A DNA stretch of 63,268 nucleotides, the filler included. It is 5 parts of 5 records of this genome, joined end to end, with 100 filler letters (N's around TTAATTAATTAA, not from the genome) between each part and the next. Parts side by side here need not be neighbours in the genome. Positions count along the whole stretch, not along the records: positions 45,986 to 56,972 come from SRR31156797_6307; 4 more parts are not named here. One strand, 5' to 3'. The translations under genes and the position numbers were made by a program. The notes beneath the pieces are model-generated. The model did no database searches and was not told where the DNA came from. It was given only the letters and a program-made list of their open reading frames with translations. This document shows, one piece after another, positions 46,119 through 55,449 of the stretch (the first letter of the stretch is position 1; the number at the start of each line of letters is the position of its first letter).

Positions 46119-48107
46119 ATGAGTCACTCGAGGCGAAAACAGCTGGTTTTTACGGTGAAGGACCGATGCAGGGTCTGCTACACCTGTGTTCGCGAATGCC
46201 CGGTCAAGGCCATCCGAATAGAAAACGGGCAGGCCGAGGTCATCAAGGAGCGATGCATCGGTTGTGGTAACTGCACCATCGTTTGCAGCCAGGATGCCAA
46301 GGTTTTCCTGCGCACCAACGACGATTTAAAAAGCCTGTTAAAAAAGGAAGAAAAAGTCGTAGCCATTGTGGCGCCAAGTTTTCCGGCTGAATTTACCGAT
46401 ATTAAAAACTACAAAAAATTCACCGGGATGGTGAGGAAGCTTGGCTTCAGCAAAGTTTGTGAGGTGGCTTTCGGTGCCGATATGGTGGCCCGCGAATATA
46501 AAAAAATGCATCATAATCTGGCAGAACTGGGAAGCATCTCCTCCGATTGCCCGGCCATTGTTTTTTATATCGAACATTATCATCCCAACCTGGTTCCTGA
46601 CCTGGCCAGGGTAGTTTCGCCCATGGTAGCCATGACGAGGATCGTTAAGGAAGAATATGGCAAGGATTCAAAAGTTGTTTTTATCGGTCCTTGCATAGCC
46701 AAAAAAGCTGAGTCGGATGAGGTGGATGAAGCCATCACATTCAGAGAACTGCGGGATCTTTTCAAAGAAAAAAATATCACACCTGAAAATACCGACACCT
46801 CAGATTTCGACCCGCCACACGCCGGAAAGGGCGCCATTTTTCCTGTGAGCCGCGGATTGTTGCAAACGGCCAACATTTCGGAGGACATCATCAACGAAAA
46901 TGTGATTGTAGCATCTGGAAGGGTTAATTTTAGAGAGGCAGTAAGGGAGTTTGAAAGCGAAACCGAAGACAAACACCATCTTGAACTGCTCTGCTGCCGC
47001 GGATGCATTGTGGGCCCCGGCATGTCGAAAAAGGGCTCCCGCTACAGCCGCCGGACCAGTGTAAGCAAATATGTGCGCAAACGGCTGCAGGACACCGACC
47101 CCAAAGCATGGGAGGAGAATGTAAAGCGATTTTCAACCATTGATTTTAGCCAAATCCACGATGTCAAAGATCGCCGCCTGCCGGTTCCAAACGAGGAGGA
47201 AATTAGCGAGGTATTAAAATCCATTGGTAAATTCGAGGACAAAGACCACCTGAATTGTGGATCATGTGGCTACGACACCTGCCGCGAACATGCCATCGCC
47301 ATCATCCAGGGACTTGCCGAAGATGAGATGTGCCTGCCCTACAGCATCGAAAAATTACACCAGTCGATCGACGATCTGAACATCTCAAATCAAAAACTGG
47401 CGTCAACACGCCAGGCATTGAAACAATCGGAAAAGTTGGCCAGCATGGGCCAGCTATCTGCGGGAATCGCGCACGAACTCAACAATCCTCTGGGTGTAAT
47501 CACCATGTACAGCAACATCCTGAAAGATGAAGCCGCCGAAGATGATCCCATCCGTGAAGACCTTGACCTGATTGTGGAGCAAACCGCCAGGTGCAAAAAA
47601 ATTGTTGGCGGACTGCTGAATTTTGCCCGGAAAAACCAGGTCAACCTCACCGAAACCAATATGATCGATTTTGTGAAACAAAGCATTTCATGTGTCATCA
47701 AACCGGAAAACATCAGCATCAATTTCGAGAATACCATTTCCGACCCGATGGCCAATATCGACAATGACCAAATGATGCAGGTTTTGACGAACGTGGAGAA
47801 GAATGCTGTGGAAGCAATGCCTGAGGGCGGAGCTTTAAACATCTCTTTATCTGACAACAATGAAAGTATTTTTATAAATATTCAAGATAGTGGCATCGGA
47901 ATTTCGAAGGAAAACATGGAACACATTTTCACCCCGTTTTTCACCACCAAAGCAATAGGCAAAGGAACCGGACTGGGACTGCCATTGGTTTATGGCATCG
48001 TTAAAATGCACAAAGGCAAAATAGACGTGGAATCCAATGCCGATCCGGAAGCTGGACCCACCGGAACAACATTCAAGGTAAGCCTCCCAAGAAATCTGGA
48101 AAATTAA
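46119..48107 (+). CDS. Putative sensory (group C-type) [FeFe]-hydrogenase fused to a histidine kinase
   Basis: N-terminal 2x4Fe-4S; H-domain motifs SSDCP, GPCIAKKAE and ELLCCRGCIVGPG; NCGSCGYDTC...MC FeS domain; AHELNNP H-box and FFTTK...GTGLGL. Confidence 0.85.
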   Translation: MSHSRRKQLVFTVKDRCRVCYTCVRECPVKAIRIENGQAEVIKERCIGCGNCTIVCSQDAKVFLRTNDDLKSLLKKEEKVVAIVAPSFPAEFTDIKNYKKFTGMVRKLGFSKVCEVAFGADMVAREYKKMHHNLAELGSISSDCPAIVFYIEHYHPNLVPDLARVVSPMVAMTRIVKEEYGKDSKVVFIGPCIAKKAESDEVDEAITFRELRDLFKEKNITPENTDTSDFDPPHAGKGAIFPVSRGLLQTANISEDIINENVIVASGRVNFREAVREFESETEDKHHLELLCCRGCIVGPGMSKKGSRYSRRTSVSKYVRKRLQDTDPKAWEENVKRFSTIDFSQIHDVKDRRLPVPNEEEISEVLKSIGKFEDKDHLNCGSCGYDTCREHAIAIIQGLAEDEMCLPYSIEKLHQSIDDLNISNQKLASTRQALKQSEKLASMGQLSAGIAHELNNPLGVITMYSNILKDEAAEDDPIREDLDLIVEQTARCKKIVGGLLNFARKNQVNLTETNMIDFVKQSISCVIKPENISINFENTISDPMANIDNDQMMQVLTNVEKNAVEAMPEGGALNISLSDNNESIFINIQDSGIGISKENMEHIFTPFFTTKAIGKGTGLGLPLVYGIVKMHKGKIDVESNADPEAGPTGTTFKVSLPRNLEN

Positions 48108-48149
48108 CCATTAGAAATTTATTACCACAATCAGAATACCATTACAGTA

Positions 48150-48536
48150 ATGAAAAAGACAATTTTAATAGTTGATGACGACATGGATTACCTGTTTCAG
48201 CTAAAACTGAAGGTTGAACGGTTTGGATTTGAAGTGATCACTGCTGACGGACAGCGGGAGGGCGAAAAAGTGATCGAGTCGATGAAACCCGACCTGGCCA
48301 TCTTCGACCTGATGATGGAAAATGAAGACAGCGGGTTCATCCTCAGCTACAAAATCAAAAAGAAATACCCGGAAGTGCCGGTGATACTGGCTACAGCGGT
48401 AACTGCCGAAACAGGCATGAGTTTCGATTTAAGTGAAGAAAGCAACAAGGAGTGGATCAAAGCTGATTTGTTTCTGGATAAAGGGATCCGGGCCGATCAA
48501 CTGGAAAAGGAAATTAAAAAACTTTTGAAAATCTAA
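48150..48536 (+). CDS. Single-domain response regulator
   Basis: ILIVDDD, FDLMM, LAT and LDK receiver motifs. Confidence 0.9.
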   Translation: MKKTILIVDDDMDYLFQLKLKVERFGFEVITADGQREGEKVIESMKPDLAIFDLMMENEDSGFILSYKIKKKYPEVPVILATAVTAETGMSFDLSEESNKEWIKADLFLDKGIRADQLEKEIKKLLKI

Positions 48537-48541
48537 TCGAT

Positions 48542-49660
48542 ATGGCCACGCTGAAAATATTGGTCGTTGACGACGAGCCCGGCATTCGTTCCGGGGTAAC
48601 GCGTATCCTGCGAAACTTTAAAGTAGATTATCCATTCATGGATGAGATGTACGACTTTAAAGTTTTTGAGGCTGAAACCGGCGAGCGGGGTGTTGAACTC
48701 GCCGACCAGGAGCAACCTGACATTGTTTTGCTCGACAATAAACTCCCCGGCATGCAGGGTGTGGAAGTACTGGAATACATACGCAAAAAGAAGTACGACA
48801 TGTTTGTGGTGATGATCACCTCCTATGCATCGCTTGAACTGGCCGTAAAAGCCACCCACGATGGAGCCGTGGATTTCATCCCAAAACCCTTTACACCCCA
48901 GGAACTGAAATCATCATTGGAAACCATCGTTAAGCAGATTTACCTGAAACGCATGGCCCGCGACATGAAGCAGGAGGGCAAGCAGATCCGGTTCCAGTTC
49001 TTGTCAGTGCTGTCACATGAATTGAAAGCACCACTCAATGCTGTTGAAGGTTACCTGAATATCTTCAAAGACCGTCAGCTTGGTGATAACCTCAGCGACT
49101 ACAACGAGCTGGTGGATCGTTCACTGAAACGCCTGCAGGGCATGCGCAACATGATTCTTGATTTGCTGGATATGACTAAAATTGAATCGGGAAAACCCAG
49201 CCAGAAATCCGAAGATACCGACCTGGTGAAGATCACCCAAAATGCCATCGACACCATGATGCCTTTCGCCATCCAAAAAGAAGTGGAGATTGCCCTGGAT
49301 GCACCTCCAAAGCTGGTGAAGTTTCTGGACCCTGAAGAAATGGAGATCATTCTGAATAACCTCATTTCGAATGCCATCAAGTATAACCGCCAAACTGGCT
49401 GTGTGGATATCGGCCTAATTGAAAAAGAAAACCAAACCATAATCCGGGTGGAAGATTGCGGAATAGGTATCAGCAAAGAAGACCAGGAAAAACTGTTTAA
49501 AGATTTCTCCAGGATTAAAAATCCAAAAACCAAGAACATTTCAGGCAGTGGCCTTGGATTATCCATTGTGAAGAAAATTGTGGAACTGAATAAAGGAACC
49601 ATTGAGGTAGAAAGTGAGCCTGACAAGGGAACCGTTTTTACTGTGATATTGCCGGTTTGA
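48542..49660 (+). CDS. Receiver-histidine kinase hybrid
   Basis: LVVDDE, LLDNKLP and PKPF receiver motifs; SHELKAPL, NLISNAIKY and GSGLGL kinase motifs. Confidence 0.92.
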   Translation: MATLKILVVDDEPGIRSGVTRILRNFKVDYPFMDEMYDFKVFEAETGERGVELADQEQPDIVLLDNKLPGMQGVEVLEYIRKKKYDMFVVMITSYASLELAVKATHDGAVDFIPKPFTPQELKSSLETIVKQIYLKRMARDMKQEGKQIRFQFLSVLSHELKAPLNAVEGYLNIFKDRQLGDNLSDYNELVDRSLKRLQGMRNMILDLLDMTKIESGKPSQKSEDTDLVKITQNAIDTMMPFAIQKEVEIALDAPPKLVKFLDPEEMEIILNNLISNAIKYNRQTGCVDIGLIEKENQTIIRVEDCGIGISKEDQEKLFKDFSRIKNPKTKNISGSGLGLSIVKKIVELNKGTIEVESEPDKGTVFTVILPV

Positions 49661-49681
49661 GGGAGATAGGATGGAAAGAAC

Positions 49682-49826
49682 TTAGCGACTGAAGCGAAGG
49701 GGGCGACTTTAGAGAACGAAGAGACTTAAGTGAACGAGGAGATTTTAGCGACTGAGGCGAAGGGGGCAACTTTAGCGAAGAAGGCGAGACTTGACAACCA
49801 TGATAACAATGACAACTTTGACAACA
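49682..49826 (+). repeat. 9-nt periodic intergenic repeat tract
   Basis: ttagcgact gaagcgaag ggggcgact ttagagaac..., then GACAAC-type 9-mers. Confidence 0.75.
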
Positions 49827-50002
49827 AATATCACCATAACCAATATAAAAACAGTCATTTGCTCAAAATCAAACAACCGCCTTTACCCCAGCCCGGATAG
49901 CATAAATTAAGTTTAAATTAAGAATGCCTGGAATGTGGGGAATTTTAAAACCTGTTTTGGCAGAACCAGTAATCTTGCAAGGCAAACTTAAAGAATTATA
50001 AA

Positions 50003-50941
50003 GTGAAGATTTATCGAGACATAGAAAATATCAGCTCCATCAAGAATTGTGTGGTAACCACCGGTTCGTTTGATGGGGTGCACATGGGCCACCAGGTTTT
50101 GATCAACAGGCTAAACGATCTGGCCCGCTCAATTAACGGAGAATCGGTGCTCATCACTTTTTATCCGCATGTTCGTAAAGTGCTCTACCCGGAAACCAAA
50201 GGCAAGGACCTGGAGATGATCAATTCACAAAACGAAAAAATTGAACTGCTTGAAAAGACCGGCCTCGACAACCTTGTGATTATCAACTTTACCTGTGAAT
50301 TTGCCAAAACCACTGCAGAGGATTTTGTGAGAAACCTGCTGGTGGGAAAGCTGGGGGCGAAAATTATTGTGGTAGGCTACAACCATTATTTTGGCCACAA
50401 CAAAGAAGGGAACTATGATAAGCTCATCAAACTGGGCAAGGAGCTGGATTTTAAGGTTGTGGAAATCCCCAAACAAGAGCTGGAAAAGGAAACCGTGGGA
50501 TCAACAAAAATCCGCAAATCGCTCAAGGATGGGAAGATCATGCACGCCAATGCCTACCTCGACCACATTTATTACATCAACACCGCGTTTTGTGAGGGCA
50601 GCAGGCTTTACTCCGATTTGGGTTTTAAAACCTATTTGTTGGAAATTGAAGAAGACAGCAAACTCATCCCGCCCGACGGTATTTATGCCATTAAAGCCGA
50701 AGTAGATGGCCAGGTTTCACGCGGAATGTTACTGAACAATTATCACGGAAAATTCAGTCACCCAAAACTTGGAAAGGCAGCAGAAATATTTCTTTTTGAC
50801 CTGAATGAAGATGTGTGTAAAAAACCAGGGAAAGTTTACGTGCACCGCGAAATGAGTAAGATTATTCAGATAGATCGGGAAGAAAGGTTAAATAGCCAGC
50901 TGAATCAGATCAGATCAGGGATTGAGGAATTGATCTATTAA
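50003..50941 (+). CDS. RibF-like FAD synthetase paralogue (FMN adenylyltransferase domain intact, kinase domain divergent)
   Basis: GSFDGVHMGHQ, VVGYNHYFG and VGSTKIR motifs; lacks the GFPTAN kinase motif. Confidence 0.8.
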   Translation: MKIYRDIENISSIKNCVVTTGSFDGVHMGHQVLINRLNDLARSINGESVLITFYPHVRKVLYPETKGKDLEMINSQNEKIELLEKTGLDNLVIINFTCEFAKTTAEDFVRNLLVGKLGAKIIVVGYNHYFGHNKEGNYDKLIKLGKELDFKVVEIPKQELEKETVGSTKIRKSLKDGKIMHANAYLDHIYYINTAFCEGSRLYSDLGFKTYLLEIEEDSKLIPPDGIYAIKAEVDGQVSRGMLLNNYHGKFSHPKLGKAAEIFLFDLNEDVCKKPGKVYVHREMSKIIQIDREERLNSQLNQIRSGIEELIY

Positions 50942-50967
50942 TTTTTCATGATGCAAGCATAAATTGA

Positions 50968-51759
50968 ATGCCAGACAAACCACAACAACAATTAGACATG
51001 ACGGTCACCTTCCTGGGAACAGGTACCTCAATTGGCGTGCCGGTAATCACCTGCGATTGTCCGGTGTGCACCTCTGCTGATCCACGTGATAACCGTACCC
51101 GCGCTTCTGTTATGATCGAGGTGGACAAAGAAGTGTTTGTTATCGATTGCGGGCCGGACTTCAGAATGCAAATGCTTCGCGAAAAAGTGATGAACCTGTC
51201 GGCAATTCTTTTCACACACGAACACCGCGACCACATTGCCGGACTTGACGATGTGAGGGCTTTTAATTATGTGCTAAATAAACGCATCGATATTTATGGC
51301 GTGAAGCGTACACTGGATATGATCCAAACCGAATTTCCGTATATATTCACCACCCAGCGATATTTTGGCGCGCCACAGATCAACATCAAAGAAATAGATT
51401 CAGAACCCTTTACCATCGATGGTTACGAGTTTATCCCCATCACCGTAAATCACGATAAATTGCCCATCAAAGCTTTCAGGTTCAGAGATTTTTCTTACAT
51501 CACCGATGCCAGCAGTATTGATGATGAAGAACTTGAAAAAGTGAAAGGATCGAGTGTGGTTGTGTTGAATGCACTGCGAAATTCCAAACATCCCTCCCAT
51601 TTTTCGGTGGAAGAAGCCGTGGAGATGATTGAAAAAATAAATCCCGAAAAGGCTTTCCTCACCCACATGAGCCATTTTATCGGCATGCATGAAGATGTGG
51701 ATCGAAAGCTGCCTGATTACATTTCTCCGGCATATGATGGGCTGAAGATATTCGTGTGA
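50968..51759 (+). CDS. MBL-fold metallo-hydrolase (PhnP-like)
   Basis: FLGTGTSIGVP, CDCPVC, THEHRDH and THMSH motifs. Confidence 0.92.
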   Translation: MPDKPQQQLDMTVTFLGTGTSIGVPVITCDCPVCTSADPRDNRTRASVMIEVDKEVFVIDCGPDFRMQMLREKVMNLSAILFTHEHRDHIAGLDDVRAFNYVLNKRIDIYGVKRTLDMIQTEFPYIFTTQRYFGAPQINIKEIDSEPFTIDGYEFIPITVNHDKLPIKAFRFRDFSYITDASSIDDEELEKVKGSSVVVLNALRNSKHPSHFSVEEAVEMIEKINPEKAFLTHMSHFIGMHEDVDRKLPDYISPAYDGLKIFV

Positions 51760-51768
51760 AGACTTGTC

Positions 51769-51975
51769 TTATAGGTTTTGAAAGCTTTGTTTATTAGCTT
51801 CCCACCAGGCTTTGTTTACTTCTGCTGCCAGCTTATCAACATCTTCCTGCATGGCTTCCGATTTCGATGTCGCCTCCTGATACCTGATGTAATCGATAAT
51901 GCGTTGCACAGATTCAATTCCTATTGATTGAGGTATCCGAATCAATATTTCTTTATCGGTTCTTTCAATTACCAT
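51769..51975 (-). CDS. Small hypothetical protein (antitoxin-like)
   Basis: 68-aa ORF MVIERTDKEILIRIP...VNKAWWEANK; resembles small proteins that usually precede PIN toxins in Bacteroidota (recollection, not searched). Confidence 0.55.
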   Translation of the reverse strand: MVIERTDKEILIRIPQSIGIESVQRIIDYIRYQEATSKSEAMQEDVDKLAAEVNKAWWEANKQSFQNL

Positions 51976-52104
51976 AACAAAATATTTTGTTCAAAATTAC
52001 AATATTTAAAACAATCAAACTGGTTTAATATTGTAAACTTCTCAATACGTATTTTTATGGTAATTTGCGTTCTTTGCAACCTATTTAAGTAAATAAATAC
52101 CAAA

Positions 52105-53532
52105 ATGATATTTAATCCGGAAAAATGCGCTATCCCCGACGAACCGATGAAACCTTTCATCGATCCGGATGAAATATGGGGATACCTTAACCAGCCGAAA
52201 CCTACAAAGGAGCGTGTGCGGGAAGTCATCGCCAAATCACTCAATAAGCAGCGGCTCACCCTCCAGGAAACCGCTGTACTCATCAATGCCGACGACCCTG
52301 AGCTAATTGACGAAATCAAGCAGGGTGCCCGCGAGCTAAAGGAAAAAGTTTATGGCAACCGTATTGTTTTGTTTGCGCCGCTCTACATCGGAAATCATTG
52401 CGTGAACAACTGCAAATATTGCGGCTTTAAAGCTTCCAATAAGTTTGCTGAACGCCGAAAACTCACCGACGAGGAGATTATCCGCGAGACGGAAGCTCTG
52501 GAAGAAAACGGCCAAAAGCGCCTGATCCTGGTTTACGGCGAACACCCCATGTATGATGCCGAATACATCGCGCATTCGGTGAAGCTGGTTTATGGCGTGA
52601 AAAAGGGGAACGGCGAAATCCGCAGGGTAAACATCAACGCGGCACCTTTAGATATTGAGGGTTTTAAAACCGTGAAGGAAGCCGGAATAGGCACCTACCA
52701 GGTTTTCCAGGAAACATACCATCCGGAGGCATACAAAAAATACCACCTTGGAGGCCCCAAAAGAGATTACAACTACCGCCTCACTTCCCTCGACCGCGCC
52801 CAGGAAGCCGACGTGGACGATGTGGGCATTGGCGCACTCTTCGGATTATACGACTGGCGTTTCGAGGTGATGGGGCTGGTGCGCCACACCAATCACTTTG
52901 AGGCCGTTTACAATGTTGGCCCGCACACCATTTCTTTTCCAAGAATTACAGACTCTTCGGAACAGGACACCAATCCCGGGTACCAGGTTAGCGATGATGA
53001 ATTTGTTCGGATCGTAGCCATTTTGCGCCTGGCGGTGCCCTATGCCGGTATGATCCTCACGGCCAGGGAAAATAAGGAAGTGCGGACAGAAGTCCTGCAA
53101 TATGGTGTTTCGCAGATCGATGGTGGCACAAAACTTGAGATCGGCAGCTACTCCAATTCACTGAATGAAGACCAAAACCTCAACAGGGAGCAATTCAAAA
53201 TCAACGACCCACGCTCGCTGGGTGAGGTGATTGATGAACTTTTGGAAAACGATTACCTACCCTCATTCTGCACCGCATGTTACCGCAAAGGCCGCACCGG
53301 CGAACATTTCATGGAGTTCTCGGTACCCGGATTCATCAAACGGTTCTGCACACCCAACGCCATCCTCACCCTTGCCGAATACTTAGAAGATTACGCCAAA
53401 CCTGAGATTGTGGAAAAGGGCTGGAAAGTGATCGAAAAGAACAAAAAGGAACTAACGGAATTTAACAGGCTGGAGGAGTTGGAGAAACGGATCGAGCGGA
53501 TCAGGAAGGGAGAGCGGGATTTGTATTTTTGA
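52105..53532 (+). CDS. hydG: [FeFe]-hydrogenase H-cluster radical SAM maturase HydG
   Basis: FAPLYIGNHCVNNCKYCGF, GEIRRVNIN and C-terminal SFCTACYR...RFCTPNA second-cluster motif. Confidence 0.95.
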   Translation: MIFNPEKCAIPDEPMKPFIDPDEIWGYLNQPKPTKERVREVIAKSLNKQRLTLQETAVLINADDPELIDEIKQGARELKEKVYGNRIVLFAPLYIGNHCVNNCKYCGFKASNKFAERRKLTDEEIIRETEALEENGQKRLILVYGEHPMYDAEYIAHSVKLVYGVKKGNGEIRRVNINAAPLDIEGFKTVKEAGIGTYQVFQETYHPEAYKKYHLGGPKRDYNYRLTSLDRAQEADVDDVGIGALFGLYDWRFEVMGLVRHTNHFEAVYNVGPHTISFPRITDSSEQDTNPGYQVSDDEFVRIVAILRLAVPYAGMILTARENKEVRTEVLQYGVSQIDGGTKLEIGSYSNSLNEDQNLNREQFKINDPRSLGEVIDELLENDYLPSFCTACYRKGRTGEHFMEFSVPGFIKRFCTPNAILTLAEYLEDYAKPEIVEKGWKVIEKNKKELTEFNRLEELEKRIERIRKGERDLYF

Positions 53533-53569
53533 GAAAGCAGAGCACTTTGCGCATAGCGCGTACCGAAGG

Positions 53570-53708
53570 AGAGACTGGAGAGAATTAGAGACTATAGCGA
53601 ATTAGGCGATGTAAGCGAAAATAGCGATTGTGGAGAATTGAGGAAGTTGTGAGTTGTGAGTTTTTCATAACAACGACAACTACGATAACAACGACAACCT
53701 GACAACCT
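53570..53708 (+). repeat. 9-nt periodic intergenic repeat tract
   Basis: GAGA/GCGA-cored 9-mers followed by (GACAAC/GATAAC) 9-mers; same layout as 49682-49826. Confidence 0.65.
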
Positions 53709-53850
53709 CCGAATCAATGACTACAAATGACCATTCAATGACGAGTAGCGCAGCAAAGAAAATCACGCCGACCGAAGGAGGCAAATGACACACATAGAAC
53801 AGCTATATTCTCGTAAAGATGCACGGGCATGAACTTTAACTCAATAACTT

Positions 53851-54429
53851 ATGCAGCTATATTCTCGTAAAGACGCACAGCCTGCCCCGATTTTTCGGGG
53901 GCCGTACGTCTCAACCCAATACTTCAAAACCCGCATCGGGGAGTTTATCCTCGGATCTTTCCAGGATCAGCTTTGCCTGCTGGATTATCGCTACCGGAAA
54001 ATGCGAAAGGCAATCGATGACAGGATTAAAGCAGGCTTGAATGCTGAATTTGTTGAGCAGGATGATGAAGTGCTTGCCGAAACCCGCAAACAAATCCGGG
54101 AATATCTCGCCAAAGCACGAAAGGAATTTGATCTGCCGGTTTTACCTGTCGGTACTGATTTTCAAAAAGCTGTTTGGGAGGAACTATTGAAAATCCCTTA
54201 CGGCCATACATCCACCTACTTCGATCTGGCCCGAAAAATGAGTAGCGAAAAAGCTGTAAGGGCTGTGGCATCTGCCAATGGCGCCAATGCCATTTCGTTG
54301 GTTATCCCCTGCCACAGGGTAATTGGCAGCAATGGTGAAATGACGGGCTATGCCGGTGGCATCGATGTAAAGAAAAAACTGCTGATCATGGAGAAAGAGG
54401 ATTTGCCGGTTTTTGATTTTCCGGAATAA
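53851..54429 (+). CDS. ogt: Methylated-DNA--protein-cysteine methyltransferase
   Basis: GTDFQKAVW, IPYG, RAVASA, IPCHRV and GYAGG motifs. Confidence 0.92.
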   Translation: MQLYSRKDAQPAPIFRGPYVSTQYFKTRIGEFILGSFQDQLCLLDYRYRKMRKAIDDRIKAGLNAEFVEQDDEVLAETRKQIREYLAKARKEFDLPVLPVGTDFQKAVWEELLKIPYGHTSTYFDLARKMSSEKAVRAVASANGANAISLVIPCHRVIGSNGEMTGYAGGIDVKKKLLIMEKEDLPVFDFPE

Positions 54430-54449
54430 GAATAATGAACTTTCAAAAT

Positions 54450-54479
54450 TGTAGATACGTACGGCCGTGCGTATCTACA
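54450..54479. repeat. GTAG-type REP palindrome
   Basis: TGTAGATACGTACGGCCGTGCGTATCTACA, a near-perfect inverted repeat. Confidence 0.8.
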
Positions 54480-54675
54480 TCCAATTATGTACATTATTAT
54501 AAGGACCCATTTTCAAATGTCACAAAGCTTTACCTTGCTCAACCCTTACTGGGTTGTATCATCCGACCTAACATCATGCAGCTACAATACCTAAACCTTC
54601 CGCAATAGCCGAACAGGCTGTAGCGGGTTTCCAAAAACTTCCCTACTTTTGACCAAACATTGAAACAACAATATC

Positions 54676-55440
54676 ATGAATACCAACCTTGCAGTACTCA
54701 TCGACGGTGATAACATCCCGGCAGGCAATGTGAAAGAAATGATGGAAGAGATCGCCAAATACGGCAGCCCTACCATCAAACGCATTTATGGCGACTGGAC
54801 CAAACCTGCACTCACCCGCTGGAAAACCCTGCTACTGGAAAATGCCATCACTCCCATACAGCAATACGCCTATACCACCGGAAAAAATGCCACCGACTCG
54901 GCCATGATCATCGACGCTATGGATATCCTCTATACCGGGAAAGTGAATGGCTTTTGCATCGTTTCCAGCGACAGCGACTTTACCCGCCTGGCCACACGGC
55001 TGCGCGAAGCCGGCATGCAGGTGATCGGTATCGGCGAAAAGAAAACCCCCAACCCGTTCATCGTATCCTGCGATAAATTCATTTACATCGAAATCCTGAA
55101 ATCACAGGATATTTCGGAAGAACAGGGAGATGAAGAAAGTGCAGAGAAACAAAAACAGAAATTCGATAAAATTACCAACAAGGAAATCAAGCTGATTTCG
55201 CATACCATCAACGACCTGGCCGATGATGACGGATGGGCCTTCCTGGGCGATGTGGGCAGCCTCCTGCAAAAAAAGCAACCCAACTTCGACTCACGTAACT
55301 ACGGATTCCAAAAACTAACCCCATTGATCAAATCCACCAAAAGGTTTGATATTGAATTCAGGGAAAGCCCCGGCGGCAGAACTAAATTAATTTATGTGAA
55401 GAATAAAGAACGCCGCAGGCCACCAAGAGCAAAAAAGTAA
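54676..55440 (+). CDS. NYN-domain protein with C-terminal OST-HTH/LOTUS domain
   Basis: LIDGDN, KRIYGDW, GKNATD, VSSDSDF and FDSRNYGFQKL motifs. Confidence 0.92.
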   Translation: MNTNLAVLIDGDNIPAGNVKEMMEEIAKYGSPTIKRIYGDWTKPALTRWKTLLLENAITPIQQYAYTTGKNATDSAMIIDAMDILYTGKVNGFCIVSSDSDFTRLATRLREAGMQVIGIGEKKTPNPFIVSCDKFIYIEILKSQDISEEQGDEESAEKQKQKFDKITNKEIKLISHTINDLADDDGWAFLGDVGSLLQKKQPNFDSRNYGFQKLTPLIKSTKRFDIEFRESPGGRTKLIYVKNKERRRPPRAKK

Positions 55441-55449
55441 ACCCTGGTC

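Noticed and set aside
49682-49775. Two 31-bp near-identical repeats separated by 32 bp, resembling a minimal CRISPR array
   Set aside because: The spacer has the same 9-nt periodic units (period 63 = 7x9), the repeat is not palindromic, there are only two copies, and no cas genes are present.
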